IMG/VR virus record: IMGVR_UViG_3300014822_000022 | Span: 1 to 61,851 of that record | DNA length: 61,851 bases | Strand: one strand, 5' to 3' | Source: a virus | Lineage: Duplodnaviria > Caudoviricetes | Part shown: piece after piece, positions 29,360 through 38,766 of the stretch | Layout of the letters: each line of letters starts with the position of its first letter | Numbering within the stretch: the first letter of the stretch is position 1 | The notes under the pieces: generated by a model | Database searches by the model: none | The model's input: the letters and a program-made list of their open reading frames with translations, nothing else | What the model was told of the DNA's origin: nothing | Made by a program: the position numbers and the translations under genes

Positions 29360-30735
29360 TGCCTGCCGCCGAAAAGGCAGCGACCGCATTGAGCAACGGA
29401 AGGATTGACCTTGCCATCAAGAATGCGCGAAAAATACCGGATGTTGCAGAAAGAAACGCTGCGCTAGCCGCCTCATACAGAGAGCTTGGCGATGACGAAA
29501 AGGCTTTCAGATATTTGAGGAAGGCTTACCTTGCCAGCAAGGATTGCGCCATCGCCGTTCTGTATGCCAGAGGGTTGATTGAACGAGGAAGAGCCAAGCA
29601 GGCCGTCAAGATTCTTGCTGACCACCCAACGGTCGATGGGCGCATGGCGCTGGCCTCCGCCTATGTCTCTTTGTCCGAGATAGACAAGGCGTGTGATATA
29701 TACCGAGAGGCAATTAGAAGGTTCCCCGACTACCTTCCGGCATATCTTGCTCTGGCCCCGCTGATGAGGCATGACAAGAGCACTCCATGTCAACCTGATA
29801 AGCTCAAGGGGTTTCTCGAATCAGTGGAGGTGCCTGCCAGCAGACTTGACAACATACACTACTGCCTTGGCATAGTGTATGAGGACTTGGGTAAATACAG
29901 ACAGGCATTTAACCACTACTCCAAGGCGGCGGAAATGAGGCGCAAGCAGTTCCCTGAGTGCATTATACCTCAACATAAACAGCAGCTTGCCAAGGTGAAA
30001 TCTCACTTCACAAAGGAGCTTCTGGCCGAGGTGCCGCCGCAGCGCCAGCATTGCCCGCTGGTGTTTGTGTTCGGAATGCCGAGGTCGGGCACGACGCTGA
30101 CTGAGCAGATTCTTGTCGCGCACCCCGAGATTGAAACACTCGGTGAATCGCCAAATGTGATGGATGAAATCGAAGCCATCCGGCAGGGCGACTTCGACGC
30201 AGACGACCCCGACGCTGCGACACGGCTCTATGTCCAGCGGCGCATCGGTGAGCTTCGCTCACGCTTTATGGTGGATAAGATGTGCGGCAACTGGCAATAC
30301 CTTGGGTTGATGTATCAATTATTCCCTGCCGCTCGATTTGTGTACGTCAAACGCGACGCGCTCAACAACTGCTTTGCTACATGGTCAACCCTATTCGCAC
30401 GCGGCCACGCCTATTCCTACACCTTCGAGGAAATGGCCGCCGAGTACAAAATCCATGAGGAATACATGCGCCACTGGTTCAACGTGCTGCCTGCCGGAAC
30501 CATACACGAGGTGCGCTACGAAGAACTAGTGACGGACCGTCAGCACCAGACGCGACGCCTGCTAGACTACATTGGTGTGGAGTGGAACGATGCATGTATG
30601 GAGCCGCATAAAATCAAGCGAGATGTGAAAACAGCTTCGCTGGCACAGGTTGTGCGCCCCGTTTACACATCGAGCGTGGACCGCGCCGCGCGGTTTGGTT
30701 CCATGCTCGACCCGCTGCGGGAGGCGCTGGCATGA
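29356..30735 (+). CDS. TPR-containing PAPS-dependent sulfotransferase (Sulfotransfer_3/TPST-like)
   Basis: N-terminal TPR-like helices; 5'-PSB loop VFVFGMPRSGTTLTEQIL; DK, KRDALNNCFA, VRYEELV, VKTASLAQVVRPVY motifs. Confidence 0.9.
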   Translation: MMPAAEKAATALSNGRIDLAIKNARKIPDVAERNAALAASYRELGDDEKAFRYLRKAYLASKDCAIAVLYARGLIERGRAKQAVKILADHPTVDGRMALASAYVSLSEIDKACDIYREAIRRFPDYLPAYLALAPLMRHDKSTPCQPDKLKGFLESVEVPASRLDNIHYCLGIVYEDLGKYRQAFNHYSKAAEMRRKQFPECIIPQHKQQLAKVKSHFTKELLAEVPPQRQHCPLVFVFGMPRSGTTLTEQILVAHPEIETLGESPNVMDEIEAIRQGDFDADDPDAATRLYVQRRIGELRSRFMVDKMCGNWQYLGLMYQLFPAARFVYVKRDALNNCFATWSTLFARGHAYSYTFEEMAAEYKIHEEYMRHWFNVLPAGTIHEVRYEELVTDRQHQTRRLLDYIGVEWNDACMEPHKIKRDVKTASLAQVVRPVYTSSVDRAARFGSMLDPLREALA

Positions 30736-31049
30736 CCTACGAAGAAGCGAAAACAGCTATTGACATCACGACGCTATGGGCTGAACTACGCGACTACGTG
30801 GCCACGCAGCCAATGGATGACAACAGCCCAATGACGCGGACGCAGGCGCTCGCTGTGGTTGATGGCGCGGCGCAGATGGAGAGTCAGTTTGCCGACCCGC
30901 GCTTCGAGGTGTTCGATTTCGTTCGCCGGGAAATGCAGTTCAAGGTGTTGGACGGCACCTCAATCCGACAAGACCATCCAGAGATAGCAAAGTGGCTGGT
31001 CAATCGCCGTTCGGTACTTGCTGACCCTGCAATACGGGGGGCTAGATAA
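30732..31049 (+). CDS. Hypothetical protein
   Basis: 105 aa; translationally coupled on both sides. Confidence 0.55.
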   Translation: MTYEEAKTAIDITTLWAELRDYVATQPMDDNSPMTRTQALAVVDGAAQMESQFADPRFEVFDFVRREMQFKVLDGTSIRQDHPEIAKWLVNRRSVLADPAIRGAR

Positions 31050-32032
31050 TGGCAAGCTATGTATCGCGCATTGCGGCCAGCGCCGCTATCTTCTCGGGCT
31101 TCACGACCACACCCGTCACGAACCGCTGGTCAACAACGGGCGGCAACACTGGCCGGAGCACGACCTACACCGGCACGGGTGCCAACATCGCTACGGCCCG
31201 ATTCACGGCGGCTGCGGTCGCATCCAATCCGGCTGGACTGGGCGCGCCAATCAAGCTCAAGATGCTGACTGGCACGACACCTGCCATCACACAGACGGCG
31301 AAAATCAAGGTCACGGGCCTGAACTCCACGAACACGAACTGGTGGGAATGGGTGAGCCATGCCAAACCGACTGCATACACGCAGGCGATGAAGCTGTCCG
31401 GCGGCCAGTTCAAGATAAAGTACAAGCGAGCCGGAGGCATGCGAGCATTTGCCGAGGCTTACGATTCGGCAGGCGTGCGGCAGGCATCCACGCAGATTGC
31501 AACGGGCGCAAGCGCAGGCGGCGGCTCGCTTTCGGTCACGGTCGCGGTCCCGACCACGAAGGCCATCACTGTTCCGGCTGGTGGCTATGCGGTGGTCAGG
31601 ATTCAGGGCAGGGGCAACACATCAAGAAGCAAAATGACGATGATGCTCGGGCAGACCGCCAACGGCGGCATGCTCTGGAGTCCGACTGAGGCCCCGGCCA
31701 TTACAGGGCCGGCCGCAAGTGGCGCGGTAGTTGATGGCTCAGATATTGCCGCAGCCACAGCCCATGTCGGCAAGATTCAGGCGCAGGCGACGTTCCGCAA
31801 TGCTTCTGGCACACCGTACCCCGATGGCATCATGGTGACGGCATATCTGGCCTCCGATTGGGCGAGCGGCACGGCATCTCCTGTTGGTTCAGCGGCCATT
31901 GCCGGCGGCGCCGGTGCCGTTGCCATCGACGTTCCGACCACCGCCGATGTGGTGCTTGTCTGCGACCCTCTGGCTGCCGGGATTGGCAACGAGGTTGCCA
32001 TGACCAAGGCTGTCACGCCAACGGTGATTTAA
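31049..32032 (+). CDS. Probable virion protein, Ala/Gly/Thr-rich
   Basis: 327 aa; basic N-domain, beta-rich C-domain. Confidence 0.55.
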   Translation: MASYVSRIAASAAIFSGFTTTPVTNRWSTTGGNTGRSTTYTGTGANIATARFTAAAVASNPAGLGAPIKLKMLTGTTPAITQTAKIKVTGLNSTNTNWWEWVSHAKPTAYTQAMKLSGGQFKIKYKRAGGMRAFAEAYDSAGVRQASTQIATGASAGGGSLSVTVAVPTTKAITVPAGGYAVVRIQGRGNTSRSKMTMMLGQTANGGMLWSPTEAPAITGPAASGAVVDGSDIAAATAHVGKIQAQATFRNASGTPYPDGIMVTAYLASDWASGTASPVGSAAIAGGAGAVAIDVPTTADVVLVCDPLAAGIGNEVAMTKAVTPTVI

Positions 32033-34318
32033 GTGGCTGTCTGGTATGGTCGAAACCCGGGCTCAGGCCCTTGGGACGGCTTTGACCCGACAGTTCAGGG
32101 TGGCGCGCCACCAATAACGGGTTCAGGAAGCGCAACAACCGCCGCGTCTTCTGTTGTTTCTGCTGGCACATACACACCACAACCCGTGAATGGTACAGGC
32201 TCTGTTATCAATCCGTCCGTTGTGGCGTCGGCAGCCGGCAGCTACACGCCGCCGGCCCTTTCCGGCTCGGCAACCATCAATGCTCCGCCGGCCGCTGTTT
32301 CTTCCTCCGGTCTTTACACCCCTCCCGCGAAGACGGGCATTGGTAGCGCCAATGCTCCGTCTTCTGCTGTGTCTGGCGCCGGCAGCTACACCCCTCCGAA
32401 CATCACCGGCTCAGCCTCTGTAAATGCGCCTCCAGCCACAGCCGTTGGCTCAGGCGTCAACATCGACGCCATCTCCGGGTCTGGTTCGGCTGTTGCACCG
32501 GCATCTTCTGTATCTTCTGCCGGCACATACACTCCGCCAGCCAAAACAGGCACTGGCTCAGTTCTTGCGCCCTCATCGTCGGCTCTCGGAAGCGGCGCAT
32601 ACACGCCTCCGGCCAAGACTGGTTCTGGTGCCACACTATCGCCAGCGGCAACAGCATCTGGTGCCGGCGCATACACGCCGCCGTTAAGGTCGGGCTCTGG
32701 TTCTGTCTCTGCAACGCCGGCGATAGCGACCGGCTCTGGCTCCTACACCCCGCCGGCAAAGACCGGCTCCGGTATCGCATCCTCTCCGGCGGCGCTGGCA
32801 TCAGGCTCGGGCACCTATACGCCGCCCGATATTATCGGCTCGGGAAATGCAACCGCCGGACCCGCCACCGCTTCTGGCTCGGGTGTCAATATCGACGCCA
32901 TATCAGGCTCCGGCTCTGCAACCGTACCGCCGGCTGTCGGTGCTGGAGCGGGCGCATACACGTCGCCTGCAAAGACAGGTTCTGGTGTGGCGTTGTCTCC
33001 GGTCTCGACTGTCTCTGGCGTCGGCACATATACGCCGCCAGCCAAAACAGGCTCCGGCGCAGCGCTCTCTCCGGCTGCATCGGCGTCCGGTGTTGGTGGA
33101 TACACCCCGCCGGCGGTATCCGGCAGCGGAAGCATCACCTCGCCGGTCACTGCCGCATCTGGCGCCGGCACATATACACCTCATGCAAAGACTGGTTCTG
33201 GCTCGGCAGTCACACCGGCGGCGACAGCATCCGGCTCAGGCGCATATACACCTCCAGACATCCTTGGCTCTGGTCAGGCTATTTCGCCGCCGGCTACCGC
33301 ATCGGGCTCGGGCTCCAACACCGGCGCTGCATCAGGCTCTGGTGCGGCCACTGCACCAGCCGCCACCGTAGCTGGTTCCGGTTCCTATGTCCCGCCGGCC
33401 AAGACCGGCTCTGGCGCGGCCATCGCCCCGGCGGCGGCAGCATCTGGTTTGGCGACTTATACGCCGCCAGATATTGTTGGCGTTGGGCAGGCATCGCCGG
33501 CTGCGGCTGGTGTTGCGGCCTCTGGCTCCTATACCCCGCCACCTGTCATCGGCTCTGGCTCGCCATCGGCTCCTTCCGCCACAGTATCCGGCGCCGGCGC
33601 ATATACGCCTCCCGATGTATCAGGTGTCGGCTCGGTCTCTTCCGCAGTGCCGATTGCTGTTGGCTACGCATCCTATATTCCGCCGAACATCACCGGCTCC
33701 GGCTTGGTGGTCGCACCGGCCGTGTCTGCCATTGGCAGCGGCGCATATCAGAATGCCCCGGGGTTCTCCGGCTCTGGCGCGGCCATTTCTCCGCCGGCGA
33801 TTGGCTCTGGCGTCGGCACATATACGCCGCCTGATGTCACCGGCACAGGCTCCGCATTTTCGGCACCGTCGCTCGCCATCGGTTATGGTAGCTACACCCC
33901 GCTGGCTGTCACCGGCGCCGGCAATGTATCTGTCCCGGCGGCCGTTGCCTCTGGCACTGGAGGGAGCTTTGCTTCCGGTAGCGGCGCGGCCGTGTCTGCG
34001 CCGGCGATTGTGTCCGGTCAGGGCGGCTTTACGCCACAGCCAGTCACGGGCTCGGGCGGGGTGTCGGCGCCGGCAGTCACCGTCACAGGCTCTGGCGATT
34101 ATGTGCCGGCATCCGTGTCTGGCTCTGGCTCGGCTATCGCTCCGACTCCAACAGCAAGTGGCTCAGGCAACAGTGTTGGTGATATAATAGGCGGCGGCTC
34201 TGTCATTGCGCCGGCAGCAACTGCTCACGGAACAAGCGCTTACAAGGCTCTGGTTTACGTTGACCTGCTCACCGGGAATATCATGCTGATGGTTCCGTTG
34301 GGGGAGACAAATGCCTGA
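32033..34318 (+). CDS. Fibre-like protein of about 30 24-aa repeats (GxYTPPxxxGSGxAxxP)
   Basis: 761 aa; repeat visible directly in the translation. Confidence 0.75.
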   Translation: MAVWYGRNPGSGPWDGFDPTVQGGAPPITGSGSATTAASSVVSAGTYTPQPVNGTGSVINPSVVASAAGSYTPPALSGSATINAPPAAVSSSGLYTPPAKTGIGSANAPSSAVSGAGSYTPPNITGSASVNAPPATAVGSGVNIDAISGSGSAVAPASSVSSAGTYTPPAKTGTGSVLAPSSSALGSGAYTPPAKTGSGATLSPAATASGAGAYTPPLRSGSGSVSATPAIATGSGSYTPPAKTGSGIASSPAALASGSGTYTPPDIIGSGNATAGPATASGSGVNIDAISGSGSATVPPAVGAGAGAYTSPAKTGSGVALSPVSTVSGVGTYTPPAKTGSGAALSPAASASGVGGYTPPAVSGSGSITSPVTAASGAGTYTPHAKTGSGSAVTPAATASGSGAYTPPDILGSGQAISPPATASGSGSNTGAASGSGAATAPAATVAGSGSYVPPAKTGSGAAIAPAAAASGLATYTPPDIVGVGQASPAAAGVAASGSYTPPPVIGSGSPSAPSATVSGAGAYTPPDVSGVGSVSSAVPIAVGYASYIPPNITGSGLVVAPAVSAIGSGAYQNAPGFSGSGAAISPPAIGSGVGTYTPPDVTGTGSAFSAPSLAIGYGSYTPLAVTGAGNVSVPAAVASGTGGSFASGSGAAVSAPAIVSGQGGFTPQPVTGSGGVSAPAVTVTGSGDYVPASVSGSGSAIAPTPTASGSGNSVGDIIGGGSVIAPAATAHGTSAYKALVYVDLLTGNIMLMVPLGETNA

Positions 34319-34613
34319 AACGGTTGTGATAACTGAGAAAGTCATTGTTGCAGACACCGGGAACACCGGTGCCATTGACATAGTGGAGCAGCAAACAACC
34401 GTCGAAATTGGCGACAAGATAGTCGAGGTTATATCGGCCGGGCAGATAGGCCCGCCCGGTCCGCCGGGTCCGCCGGGACAGCCCGGCTCCGGCATCAACG
34501 CACAGCAAATCCAGTCTATTCCAGTCTCTTCGGCTACACCAAACGAAGGCGACGTGTTAGTATCGCACGGAGGGACATGGACGCCAGAAAGATTGAATGG
34601 TGGCTATTTTTAG
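34311..34613 (+). CDS. Short collagen-repeat virion protein
   Basis: GQIGPPGPPGPPGQPGSG; ends NGGYF. Confidence 0.65.
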   Translation: MPETVVITEKVIVADTGNTGAIDIVEQQTTVEIGDKIVEVISAGQIGPPGPPGPPGQPGSGINAQQIQSIPVSSATPNEGDVLVSHGGTWTPERLNGGYF

Positions 34614-34622
34614 GAGGGAGTC

Positions 34623-35774
34623 ATGGCACAAACAATCCAAATCAAACGGTCTCTGGCTGCAAGCCCGCCGGTATCGCTTGCGGAGGGCGAGCTTGCCTAC
34701 ACCATGGGTGCGGGCGGGAAGATTCTGTATATCGGCTCGACCGGCGCGACCATTGAGATTATCGGCGGCCAGCATTACACCAGCCAGTTTGATAATGTTG
34801 CTTCTGGCACTCTGAAAGGACGGGTCACGGCCGGCGCCGGCGCCCTTGAGGAACTTACGCCGGCGCAGGTGCGCACTCTCATCAATGTTGCCAACGGGGC
34901 CACGGCAAACTCCACGGACGCATTCCTCCTTGACCGCGCCAACCACACCGGAACGCAGCTTTCGGCCACCATTTCTGACCTTGCAACAACGGTGCAGGCA
35001 TACACACTCGACCTGTTTGCAGCGCCGGCTGCGGCACTGAACCTGAACAATCAGGTTATCAGCAACCTTTCAGACCCGGTGGCAAATCAGGATGCGGCCA
35101 CCAAGGCGTATGTCGATTCGGTTGCTCAGGGCCTCGATTTCAAGGATTCATGTCTAGCGGCAACGACCGCGAACATCACGCTCTCCGGCTTGCAGACCAT
35201 CGACGGCATCACGCTCGCCGCAAACGACAGGGTTCTGGTGAAGAACCAGACAGCAGCAGCCGAGAACGGTATCTATCTGGTCAAGAGCGGCGCTTGGGTG
35301 CGGGCAACGGACGCTGACGTTAGTTCCAAGGTCACGACCGGCCTCATAACCTATATCGAACAGGGAACCACCAACGGCGGAGCGCAGTTTGTTCTGAATA
35401 CGCCGGGGCCAATCACACTCGGGACAACCGCCCTCACCTTCGTGCAATTCGGCGGAGGCCAGACATACACGGCCGGCAACGGCATCACGCTGACCGGCAC
35501 GCAGTTCATCGTGCAGGCCGGCGCCGGATTGCAGCAGGACGCCGGAGGATTGTCTATCAGCCCAACGTATGCCGGCCAGCCCAGCATTTCAACCGTTGGC
35601 ACCATCACCGCCGGAATATGGAATGCCTCTGTCATCAATGTGGCCTACGGAGGCACGGGCGTATCAACACTCACCGGCATCGTCAAGGGCAATGGCACTG
35701 CCGCATTCACGGCCGCCGTGCCGGACGTGGATTATCTGTCACCGACATCGGTTATCGACGGAGGCACGTTCTAA
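34623..35774 (+). CDS. Tail/head fibre protein 1
   Basis: MAQTIQIKRS...LAEGELAY N-domain; DAATKAYVD, DRVLVKNQT...ENGIY motifs; ends IDGGTF. Confidence 0.8.
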   Translation: MAQTIQIKRSLAASPPVSLAEGELAYTMGAGGKILYIGSTGATIEIIGGQHYTSQFDNVASGTLKGRVTAGAGALEELTPAQVRTLINVANGATANSTDAFLLDRANHTGTQLSATISDLATTVQAYTLDLFAAPAAALNLNNQVISNLSDPVANQDAATKAYVDSVAQGLDFKDSCLAATTANITLSGLQTIDGITLAANDRVLVKNQTAAAENGIYLVKSGAWVRATDADVSSKVTTGLITYIEQGTTNGGAQFVLNTPGPITLGTTALTFVQFGGGQTYTAGNGITLTGTQFIVQAGAGLQQDAGGLSISPTYAGQPSISTVGTITAGIWNASVINVAYGGTGVSTLTGIVKGNGTAAFTAAVPDVDYLSPTSVIDGGTF

Positions 35775-35827
35775 GTGCATACATAAAGACAAAATCCCGC
35801 GCTATATAGCGCATTTAGGGAGGCCAC

Positions 35828-37807
35828 ATGGCACAGACAATTCAGTTGAAGCGTTCGGCCGTTCCGGGGAACGTGCCAACCACGGCGCAACTCGGCTTGG
35901 GCGAAATTGCCATCAACACATACGATGGCAGGCTGTTTTTCAAGAAAGACCCCGGCACACCATCCATTGTCGAAGTATCGCTTGTCGGTCACAACCACGA
36001 TGGGGTGTATGAGCCGTTGCTTGGCTACACCCCCGTCAACGTGGTCGGCGACACCATGCTTGGAGCCCTTGATTTCAGTTCGGGAATGAATGGCGGGTGG
36101 ACAATCGAGGGTGGCAAGCATTTCTTTACGACGAATGACGGGAAAGGGAACGTAAACCTCCGCGTTGGACATAATCCATCCGAGCTCTGCACGGAAGCTG
36201 GCTATGCCTTCCACATGGAGTTCTCTCAAAATCTCGGTCAATGGCAGTTCAATGTATCTGACGTATCTCTGGCCGTGAATGACCCGATAACGTGGGTAAA
36301 AGCGTTGCAGGTCACGGCGGCCGGCATCGACGTGGTTGGCAACATCACGGTCACGGGAGCGGTGGATGGCCGCGACATAGCAGCAGACGGCGCAACCCTA
36401 GATTCCCACGTTGCAAATCTGTCGAATCCTCATGGTGTGACAGCAGCTCAGATTGGGGCTGTGGAAGTGGCCAACGGTACTGCGATTATCTCAGGCACGG
36501 CCTCAGCATCGCTACATCTCCGTTCGACAAACGCCTCTGGTGTAATACAGTTTATGGATAACCTCGTAAACACTTGGAGGATTAGAGCGCACAAAGCAAG
36601 TGGCGTGTTCGATATAACGAGGTATGACTACAACACAGGGGCCTACCTTGATACCCCTATCTCCATATCTCAGCTTACGGGAACTGTCACAGTTGCTGGC
36701 AGGGATGTTGGGGCAGACGGCGCAACCCTAGATTCCCACGTTGCAAATCTGTCGAATCCTCATGGTGTGACAGCAGCTCAGGTTGGGGCAGTGGATATAA
36801 CTGGCGGAAGTATGTCGGGCAATCTTGGCATACGAAAAACAGGCTCCGCAGTGCTTTACTTAGACAGCACAGATGCGAGTGGCAGTAGTCAGATAAACCT
36901 ACAGAAAAGTGGGATAAATAACTGGGTTATTAGGGAGGCGACCGGCTCTAGCGACCTCCAACTCAGGAGGCACGACGCCACTGGAACATTCTTGGATATA
37001 CCTTTCAGGGTCTATTTTTCATCCGGGGCGATAACCACTTCATCTACAGTCAACGGGCGGGACATGGTGGCGGATGGTGCGAAACTGGATGGTATAGAAT
37101 CGGGCGCAAACCTTGGCGAGCCCCCGCTTGGGAATCCTGCTGCTGATGGCTATGTGCTGTCATCCACGGCGGCCGGTGTGCGCAGTTGGGTTCCTCAGCC
37201 GGCCGGCGGCGGTGACATGTTGAGTACAAACAACCTGTCTGATGTTGCCAGCGTATCCGCATCGAGAACCAACCTTGGTCTTGGAACAGCGGCAGTCAAG
37301 AATGCCGACACGGCTTACAATTCGTTTGGCAACGGCACGGTCCCCATTCGGCATCCAGCAGGCTACCTGTACAGCAACTATTTCAACATGTCATCAAACA
37401 ATACCACGGCCACGCCATCACGGGTGGCCGTCGAGGCGAACTCGGACGGGTTTCTGCGCTGGCAGACATTCGGCCAATTCAAGGCCAACCTTGGAGTCAC
37501 CTCCGGGCCGACCACGGTATCGTCGGGGCTCATAAGTCTGGCAACATCAGGTGTTAAGACGTTTTCCCATGGCCTTGGCGGGGTTCCAACATCCTACAGC
37601 GCAGTGTTCAGATGCAAGGTGGCCACAGGCGGATTTGCCGTTGGTGATGAGATAAATGTGCATTCGAATACGGCAATGGCTCCCTATGCCAATGCGAGCG
37701 TTGTCGGCGTCTATTGGCTTGCCAGTTCGTACATAAGAGGAAACAATGGGCAGTATGTCACCGTCTCAGCAGCCAATTTCGATTTGAAATTCTATGCAAC
37801 ACTGTAG
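35828..37807 (+). CDS. Tail fibre protein 2 (probable receptor-binding protein)
   Basis: MAQTIQLKRS...LGLGEIAINTYDGRLF N-domain; NPHGVTAAQ, DGAKLDGIE, NNLSDV...RTNLGLG fibre motifs. Confidence 0.8.
   Translation: MAQTIQLKRSAVPGNVPTTAQLGLGEIAINTYDGRLFFKKDPGTPSIVEVSLVGHNHDGVYEPLLGYTPVNVVGDTMLGALDFSSGMNGGWTIEGGKHFFTTNDGKGNVNLRVGHNPSELCTEAGYAFHMEFSQNLGQWQFNVSDVSLAVNDPITWVKALQVTAAGIDVVGNITVTGAVDGRDIAADGATLDSHVANLSNPHGVTAAQIGAVEVANGTAIISGTASASLHLRSTNASGVIQFMDNLVNTWRIRAHKASGVFDITRYDYNTGAYLDTPISISQLTGTVTVAGRDVGADGATLDSHVANLSNPHGVTAAQVGAVDITGGSMSGNLGIRKTGSAVLYLDSTDASGSSQINLQKSGINNWVIREATGSSDLQLRRHDATGTFLDIPFRVYFSSGAITTSSTVNGRDMVADGAKLDGIESGANLGEPPLGNPAADGYVLSSTAAGVRSWVPQPAGGGDMLSTNNLSDVASVSASRTNLGLGTAAVKNADTAYNSFGNGTVPIRHPAGYLYSNYFNMSSNNTTATPSRVAVEANSDGFLRWQTFGQFKANLGVTSGPTTVSSGLISLATSGVKTFSHGLGGVPTSYSAVFRCKVATGGFAVGDEINVHSNTAMAPYANASVVGVYWLASSYIRGNNGQYVTVSAANFDLKFYATL
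36383..36781 (+). repeat. 69-bp perfect direct repeat (36383-36451 and 36713-36781) within tail fibre 2
   Basis: Identical DNA, 330-bp in-frame period. Confidence 0.9.
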
Positions 37808-37808
37808 G

Positions 37809-37837
37809 TTGCCCGCATATATCGGCAACTGTAGAAT
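37809..37837 (+). promoter_or_regulatory. Putative lysis-cassette promoter TTGCCC-17-TAGAAT with overlapping palindrome
   Basis: Sigma70-like spacing; GTTGCC...GGCAAC inverted repeat 37808-37829. Confidence 0.45.
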
Positions 37838-37857
37838 GCCCCTCATGGGAGGGATTC

Positions 37858-38220
37858 TTGGAATTCGGGCGTCAGAAAACATCAATCGAAGAACAGGAAG
37901 AGCTCATTCGCAGGGTTGTCGAAGCGACCTTGAAGGCGTCACGCGCCGAGATTGCGGGCATCATTGACGCTCACATCAGCACGGCGATTTCAAAGAGAGA
38001 AACCCTTGAGAGAGAAATGGTCAAGCAGTCGGTTGATTTAGCAATCAACGACAGACTTGGCGAAGACTGGCATGACGTGGTTGACTTCGTGCGCTCCCTC
38101 CACAGGCACGCAAACGGCCTGAGCTCCGGCTTCTGGTCAACACTTGGTAAGATGCTGGCCACCGCCTTTGTGGCCTTTATCGGCTTCATTATATGGGCGA
38201 TGGCTTGGAGGAATGGGTGA
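37858..38220 (+). CDS. Membrane protein of lysis cassette (holin/antiholin-like)
   Basis: TTG start after GGAGG; C-terminal TM helix; directly precedes endolysin. Confidence 0.5.
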   Translation: MEFGRQKTSIEEQEELIRRVVEATLKASRAEIAGIIDAHISTAISKRETLEREMVKQSVDLAINDRLGEDWHDVVDFVRSLHRHANGLSSGFWSTLGKMLATAFVAFIGFIIWAMAWRNG

Positions 38221-38762
38221 TGCTTCCTGATATTCAATCATACACAATCGACACCCCGCTCCCAACGAAGGCGGCTCGCAACTTCGCCCTGCACGAGCTC
38301 ATCATCTCCGATACCGCGCTTCGACTCGGCATATCAAACCATTTCAGGTGCAACAGACACGTCCACAACGCTGTTTTTCTGGCAAGAGAGGTCTTGCAGC
38401 CAGTGCGAGACAGATTCGGGCCGTACAGGCCAAACAGTGTCTTTCGCTGTCAACAGCTTGAACGGGCGTTGAAGCATAAGCCAGACGATTGGGTGAGCAC
38501 CAGTCAGCATACGGAAGCCGAAGCGGCAGATATTGAAGTTCCGGGCGTGCATAACATGCGGCTTGCCGAGTGGATAAGGGACAATCTCGAATTCGACCAA
38601 CTTATCCTTGAGTGCCACAACCCCAAGCTTGGCCCCAACTCTGGATGGGTGCATGTATCTCGACGAATGCATGGCGAGAACAGAGGTGAGGTTCTGTCGA
38701 TGGTCATGGCGCACGGCGCTTACAGGTACTTCGATGGCCTGATTCTTGATGTTGAGAGGTGA
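38220..38762 (+). CDS. Endolysin, peptidase M15A family
   Basis: LQPVRDRFG, NSVFRC, SQH...AADI, FDQLILE, GWVHVS zinc-peptidase motifs. Confidence 0.85.
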   Translation: MLPDIQSYTIDTPLPTKAARNFALHELIISDTALRLGISNHFRCNRHVHNAVFLAREVLQPVRDRFGPYRPNSVFRCQQLERALKHKPDDWVSTSQHTEAEAADIEVPGVHNMRLAEWIRDNLEFDQLILECHNPKLGPNSGWVHVSRRMHGENRGEVLSMVMAHGAYRYFDGLILDVER

Positions 38763-38766
38763 TGAC

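Noticed and set aside
32030-32035. Stop-codon readthrough joining ORFs 31049 and 32033
   Set aside because: Stop is TAA and a GGTGA SD-like element precedes the GTG; no sign of recoding elsewhere
34623-37807. Diversity-generating retroelement acting on the tail fibres
   Set aside because: No reverse transcriptase seen; the 69-bp repeat is identical and internal, not an adenine-variable TR/VR pair
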